A DNA stretch of 64,000 bases from Coleofasciculus sp. B1-GNL1-01. Its GTDB lineage: Bacteria; Cyanobacteriota; Cyanobacteriia; Cyanobacteriales; Coleofasciculaceae. The notes beneath the pieces are model-generated. The model ran no database searches, was not told where the DNA came from, and was given only the letters and a program-made list of their open reading frames with translations. Below, in pieces: positions 62,319 through 64,000 of this stretch (positions within the stretch are counted from its first letter, which is position 1; the number at the start of each line of letters is the position of its first letter). The stretch is from NCBI GenBank assembly GCA_040220235.1, contig JAVJTO010000132.1; one strand, 5' to 3'. Position numbers and translations under genes: made by a program.

Positions 62319-62340
62319 TTTATTCGCTAAAAAACCAAAA

Positions 62341-63261
62341 TTAGCAATCATAACCAAAATCAGCTAAGTTTATTCCAATCAAACGGCTAGTCCGTTGATT
62401 ACTCAGATGGAAGTAATTTCCAACACGCTGCTCAATATATTGCTTCCACCGATTTTCTATTCGTTCATGAAAGCTAGATGGTATCATTTTATCGGCTGCT
62501 GCTGACAATTTCCCCGTAACCTGTATTCCCATCCTGTTATAGAGAGGAAACAATATATTTAATCGACGTTTTATAATTAACGAACCTCCTCTGTAACCAC
62601 TATTTTTAGCAACTTTGTCTTTAGGTAAACTTCCATTAGATCCACTAAAGTCTAGGATGGCTTGAGCAAATTTTTTTGAATCTTTTTTTAATAATTCAAA
62701 AGGTAAAACTAATACATTTTCTTTGCTAAAAACATTCTGATAATATTCAATTAATAAATCATATTTTACAAAATCTAATTTAAAAGTTGGTCTCTTCAAA
62801 TTATCGGCTGTTTCATGACCCTTTTGTATAGAACCCAAAAATTCCTCTATAGTTAGAGTCCTACCCAACTTAATACACTGTCCATACGCTGACAACAAAA
62901 TTGATTTCTGTTCGCGTACTATTATGATAATTTTTGCTTCGGGAAAGGTCGAATAAAGTCTATCTGCAACTTCCTGCTTCCAGCCTATATTCGCTAAGTT
63001 ACCGCTTAAATGCTCGTTAGATAATACGGGTACTAGATTGTTCTGATTAGCTGCTTGTAAACCAATATTATAAACTCGACGTACTTCATCAGCATTAAAT
63101 GAAGAATTATCCGAATTGACAAATTGCTTCTTAACTTCTTTAGATTTAGCACCCCAAGCAGCTAAAAATCCTGTTTGCTCATCAGCAAACATAACCTGCT
63201 GTAGCCATGATGAGGCACATTTCGGGTAGCCAATATGTATCACTATGCGTTGATTAGACAT
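62341..63261 (-). CDS. Sulfotransferase
   Basis: HIGYPKCASSWLQ, LSNEHL, VREQ...SAY. Confidence 0.85.
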   Translation of the reverse strand: MSNQRIVIHIGYPKCASSWLQQVMFADEQTGFLAAWGAKSKEVKKQFVNSDNSSFNADEVRRVYNIGLQAANQNNLVPVLSNEHLSGNLANIGWKQEVADRLYSTFPEAKIIIIVREQKSILLSAYGQCIKLGRTLTIEEFLGSIQKGHETADNLKRPTFKLDFVKYDLLIEYYQNVFSKENVLVLPFELLKKDSKKFAQAILDFSGSNGSLPKDKVAKNSGYRGGSLIIKRRLNILFPLYNRMGIQVTGKLSAAADKMIPSSFHERIENRWKQYIEQRVGNYFHLSNQRTSRLIGINLADFGYDC

Positions 63262-63263
63262 AC

Positions 63264-63366
63264 TATAGCAATCCTAAATAGGATGCAACAAGCGAAATGC
63301 TCGAAACTCAGGTATAGCAAGGGTTTCAATTTTGAAAATTGCCACGACCTAAATAGGATTGCTATA
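63264..63366. mobile_element. MITE family E (TA-flanked)
   Basis: tatagcaatccta...taggattgctata 13-bp perfect inverted ends. Confidence 0.8.
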
Positions 63367-64000
63367 AATATTTCTACCGTTGATATTTGCTACTGCTTTT
63401 TCAACTAACTCTTTCAATTGGTTGACATTAACATACTGTCCTATCCCATCTTTTTTACAGACCAGAAAACCATATTTTACATTTTTAATTCCAGCTAATC
63501 GATAGAAAGTAGGAGAAAACCGACCTTCTTGGAATAACTCAATTAAAATCGATTGGGCAGGTGTAAACGCTATATTGCTGAAGCCAGCTCCGTGACTCCC
63601 AATTACAAATTCTGCCTCTTGAAATATTTTAACCTGCTCTTCTAAAGAATGATCCCTGAGACACACCGTTTCAAAACCAAACTCTGACAACATCTGCTCC
63701 ACTTCTGGCTCATTCGTGATAGAGCGACGTAAAGCATCGCGGCGAGACACATAAATTCGCCTTTTATTGTTAATTTGATTATTCGTTACCAGTTTTTTGC
63801 TTAACCATTCAATCGCTAGAGGTGAAGGCTGTTTGATCAGAGAAAGCAAACTAGGTATGTACAGGTGATCAAAGTGATAAACTCCGTCGTCAAGAAAAAG
63901 AGTTCTGTCTAAAAAACCTGTTAATTTTATACTTTCATATACAAATTTCGGAGTTCTGTTTTTAGGCATAATTATCGGAATATCTTTAAACTTTTCATCA
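63349..64000 (-). CDS. Glycosyltransferase family 61 (DUF563), 5' end beyond window
   Basis: IYVSRRDA.RR...NE, EQVKIF..A, HGAGFSN, LIEL; frame open to the window edge. Confidence 0.88.
   Translation of the reverse strand, partial: DEKFKDIPIIMPKNRTPKFVYESIKLTGFLDRTLFLDDGVYHFDHLYIPSLLSLIKQPSPLAIEWLSKKLVTNNQINNKRRIYVSRRDALRRSITNEPEVEQMLSEFGFETVCLRDHSLEEQVKIFQEAEFVIGSHGAGFSNIAFTPAQSILIELFQEGRFSPTFYRLAGIKNVKYGFLVCKKDGIGQYVNVNQLKELVEKAVANINGRNIYSNPI

Overview
Cyanobacterial chromosome segment (psbB-psbT, nrdR, rps1, sigC, hemE, frequent HIP1 GCGATCGC sites; repeat style suggests a filamentous Coleofasciculus/Oscillatoriales-like host, an inference). Three blocks: (1) 0.4-24.9 kb, a plus-strand surface-glycan locus with Wzt, a coiled-coil methyltransferase, GT4s, a LegB-like/nucleotidyltransferase/reductase trio and two Gtr-type glycosylation modules. 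It contains a ~6.6 kb insert flanked by ~275 bp direct repeats that carries an IS607-derived element with a decayed tnpA, an intact Cas12n-like TnpB and a visible omegaRNA-like scaffold. (2) 24.9-40 kb, housekeeping genes. (3) 40.5-64 kb, a probable sulfated exopolysaccharide locus with five sulfotransferases, a Wzy-like protein, an ABC flippase, rfbC/D/A and several methyltransferases. Intergenic DNA is full of MITEs, GTAG-type REP palindromes (some nested) and 7/9-nt tandem repeats. An IS608-like left end sits at the window start. No rRNA, tRNA or CRISPR array was seen.
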